Source: Dehalococcoidia bacterium (lineage in GTDB: Bacteria > Chloroflexota > Dehalococcoidia > Lucifugimonadales > HRBIN23). From it: DNA of 55,888 nucleotides. Below are positions 54,105 through 55,888 of the stretch, piece by piece. Each line of letters opens with the position of its first letter. Positions within the stretch are counted from its first letter, which is position 1. Under the pieces are notes generated by a model, which was given only the letters and a program-made list of their open reading frames with translations, ran no database searches and had not been told where the DNA came from. The stretch lies in contig JBKBKV010000005.1 of NCBI GenBank assembly GCA_046294495.1, forward strand, positions 1-55,888, given 5' to 3'. The position numbers and the translations under genes are program-made.

Positions 54105-55355
54105 TCACTGCGCCCTCCGGTGCCTGCTATGGGTAAGAAACAACACCCAAACCCCCACCACAACAAGCGCCACCGCCCCTATGACCCCAATCCACAATCC
54201 CCGATTTTCCAACATAGCGGCGGGGTCAAAGGGTGTCGGCTTTGCTGGAGGTAAGGCCGACACCAGGCGCACCACCTTATCATCACCGGGGCGAGGGGTC
54301 CCTCGCCCGTCGCGGTTGCTGGTGGTTATGTAAAGATAACCGTCTGGGCCTTCCACAATGTCCCGTAGCCGCCCCAACTCCCCCTGGAGAAACACCTCCT
54401 GTCCCAGGAGGTGCCCTTCGCTATCAAGGTCCAGGCGGCGCAGATGGGACTGGCCTCCGCCGAACCCCAAAGTTACAAAGAGCAGGTCACCCTGCCACTG
54501 GGAGTAGCGTGGGCTGGTAACAAAGGTCGCCCCCGCGGGAGCAATGCTGGGCGTATAGACGGCTAGCGGGTCCCTATAGCGGGGGTTGCCGGCGTCTCCT
54601 TGCACCAGGGGCCAGCCGTAGTTGCCTCCCGCCGTCAGGCGGTTCACCTCGTCGTTGCCCACTGGGCCGTGCTCTGTAATCCACGCCTGCCCCGTCTGGG
54701 GATGGAAAGCCAGCCCCTGGGGGTTACGGTGTCCCAGGGTATATACCAGCGAGCCACTGAAGGGGTTGTCTGGGGGTGGGGAGCCGTCCCTATACATGCG
54801 CAGCACCTTGCCAGCCAAGGAGGCGGTATCCTGGGCCAACTCAGGGCGGCGGGCGTCGCCGGTGGTGGCCCACAGCATCCCATCGGGGCCAAACTTCAGC
54901 CGACACCCGTCGTGAATATCCGCTCCGGGGATGCCATCCACCACCACCTCCTCGTTAACCCCGCGCCCATCCACCTCCCGCAAACGGACGATCCGGTTGG
55001 CGAGGGTGCCATCGGCCAGGCGGTAGGTGTAGCACAGGTAGACGAAAGGCTCCTGGGGGAATTGGGGGTCTAGGGCAATACCCAGGAGGCCCCCTTCGCC
55101 CACAGCAGCCACTGGGAGCACCGCCCACGGCGCTTCACTTAAGCGCCCCCCTCCTATAACCCGCACCCGCCCAGGCCGTTCCGTAAGGAAAAGGCGTCCA
55201 TCGGGGGCGAAAGCCAAGCCCCAGGGCACCTCCAGCCCCACGGCAACCACCTCCAGAGAGAAGGGAAAAGAAGGCTGTGGCGAAGCGCCAGAGGAAACCA
55301 AAACCAGCACACCCAACAGTAAAAGGCCGACCAGGCGATGTTTTATCCCCTGCAT
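54105..55355 (-). CDS. PQQ-dependent sugar dehydrogenase (soluble glucose/sorbosone dehydrogenase family) with signal peptide and C-terminal TM anchor
   Basis: Signal LVGLLLLGVLVLVSSGA. Beta-propeller blocks (PWGLAFAPDGRLFLTERPGRV, GLLGIALDP, HDGCRLKFGPDG, GHRNPQGLAF, EHGP..DEVN). C-terminal helix IGVIGAVALVVVGVWVLFL. Confidence 0.8.
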   Translation of the reverse strand: MQGIKHRLVGLLLLGVLVLVSSGASPQPSFPFSLEVVAVGLEVPWGLAFAPDGRLFLTERPGRVRVIGGGRLSEAPWAVLPVAAVGEGGLLGIALDPQFPQEPFVYLCYTYRLADGTLANRIVRLREVDGRGVNEEVVVDGIPGADIHDGCRLKFGPDGMLWATTGDARRPELAQDTASLAGKVLRMYRDGSPPPDNPFSGSLVYTLGHRNPQGLAFHPQTGQAWITEHGPVGNDEVNRLTAGGNYGWPLVQGDAGNPRYRDPLAVYTPSIAPAGATFVTSPRYSQWQGDLLFVTLGFGGGQSHLRRLDLDSEGHLLGQEVFLQGELGRLRDIVEGPDGYLYITTSNRDGRGTPRPGDDKVVRLVSALPPAKPTPFDPAAMLENRGLWIGVIGAVALVVVGVWVLFLTHSRHRRAQ

Positions 55356-55888
55356 ATCATAAGCATATCAAGCCTGCCCGCCACGCCCCACTGCAGCGCT
55401 CCCAGGCATGTAAGGCACGCCTATCGCAAGGCTGCCAGGCTCAATCAACGAAATTCATTTCCCCACCTGGGCTCAGTGGCTTGCGCCTTACCCGCACCGT
55501 GGGGCACACCGGAGCCGCGGACGCGCTGGTTAGCCTGCCGGCTATGATTTCGAGGGCATCTCTCAAGGGGAATTTCTTCTCAATAGTGGGATGAACAACG
55601 CCGGACAGTCGCAGCTACTTTTGATAGTTTCCTCACCGGCAGTTCCCCAATGTCTGGATTTATCCAACAATCGCGCTAAGGAGCTGTCCGTCTTTTCTGA
55701 CTTAGGGGCATGATAGATGAAAATAATCCCCCACTTATTTGGCTTTTTGACATTATCTAATCTGGGAGTCTCTCATCAGCGTCGGAAGTAAAATTTCAAA
55801 ATTGCGATTAGTTTTTCTCCGAGTGATGCAAAGCGCCTTCAGTTCGCACAGATGCTCTTGGCCTTGAAGACAAAGCCTAAAATCAATC

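Noticed and set aside
1-55888. Search for CRISPR arrays, IS elements or transposases, prophage genes, toxin-antitoxin pairs or known defence-system genes
   Set aside because: I found no regularly spaced direct repeats, no transposase, integrase or recombinase motifs, and no nuclease or NTPase defence hallmarks. The only dispersed repeats are the NrfD and TIGR04076-like paralogs.

Overview
High-GC, densely coding bacterial chromosomal window. Strong GGAGG-type ribosome-binding sites, many GTG starts and many 1-4 nt stop/start overlaps are visible. Taxon cannot be assigned from the window alone. I found no CRISPR array, rRNA, transposase or integrase.

Content by region:
- 1-13.9 kb, transport and central or sugar-acid metabolism: ABC permease, MFS transporter, two enolase-superfamily dehydratases, HpcH aldolase, IscA-like protein, split TPP decarboxylase, ALDH, sucCD, Zn-ADH and tRNA-Ser(UGA).
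- 14-16.9 kb: a minimal mercury locus with core merA, a MerE-like remnant and a divergent Crp/Fnr regulator.
- 17-20.4 kb: an orphan 2-oxoacid dehydrogenase E1-beta, then an orphan hydantoinase-B translationally coupled to an OsmC-family gene. That gene has an in-frame TGA at the catalytic Cys position followed by a perfect hairpin, so it is a candidate selenoprotein.
- 20.4-35.6 kb: one co-directional minus-strand gene array. It encodes a Tat-exported molybdopterin oxidoreductase with a four-cluster FeS subunit, an ethylbenzene-dehydrogenase-type haem-b-like subunit and a NrfD-type membrane subunit, plus a small membrane protein and a NarL-type two-component system.
- After a strong terminator in that array comes a second module: unknown small protein, membrane-anchored TIGR04076-like protein, second NrfD paralog, TorD-like chaperone, cytoplasmic polyferredoxin, methyltransferase, amidase and crotonase.
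- 35.9-47.7 kb: gatB, then an acyl-CoA cluster. It holds an ACAD and two thiolase+DUF35 pairs. It also holds a split CoA-transferase whose A and B genes are separated by three nitroreductase-superfamily genes.
- 47.7-55.4 kb: fumarase/aspartase-family lyase, two-component genes, tandem USP, purS, a small sulfite-oxidase-like Moco protein and a PQQ sugar dehydrogenase.
- The last ~330 bp drop sharply in GC.

The best candidates for something new are the UGA-containing OsmC gene, the unusual composite Mo-enzyme/NrfD island, and the nitroreductase-interrupted CoA-transferase operon.
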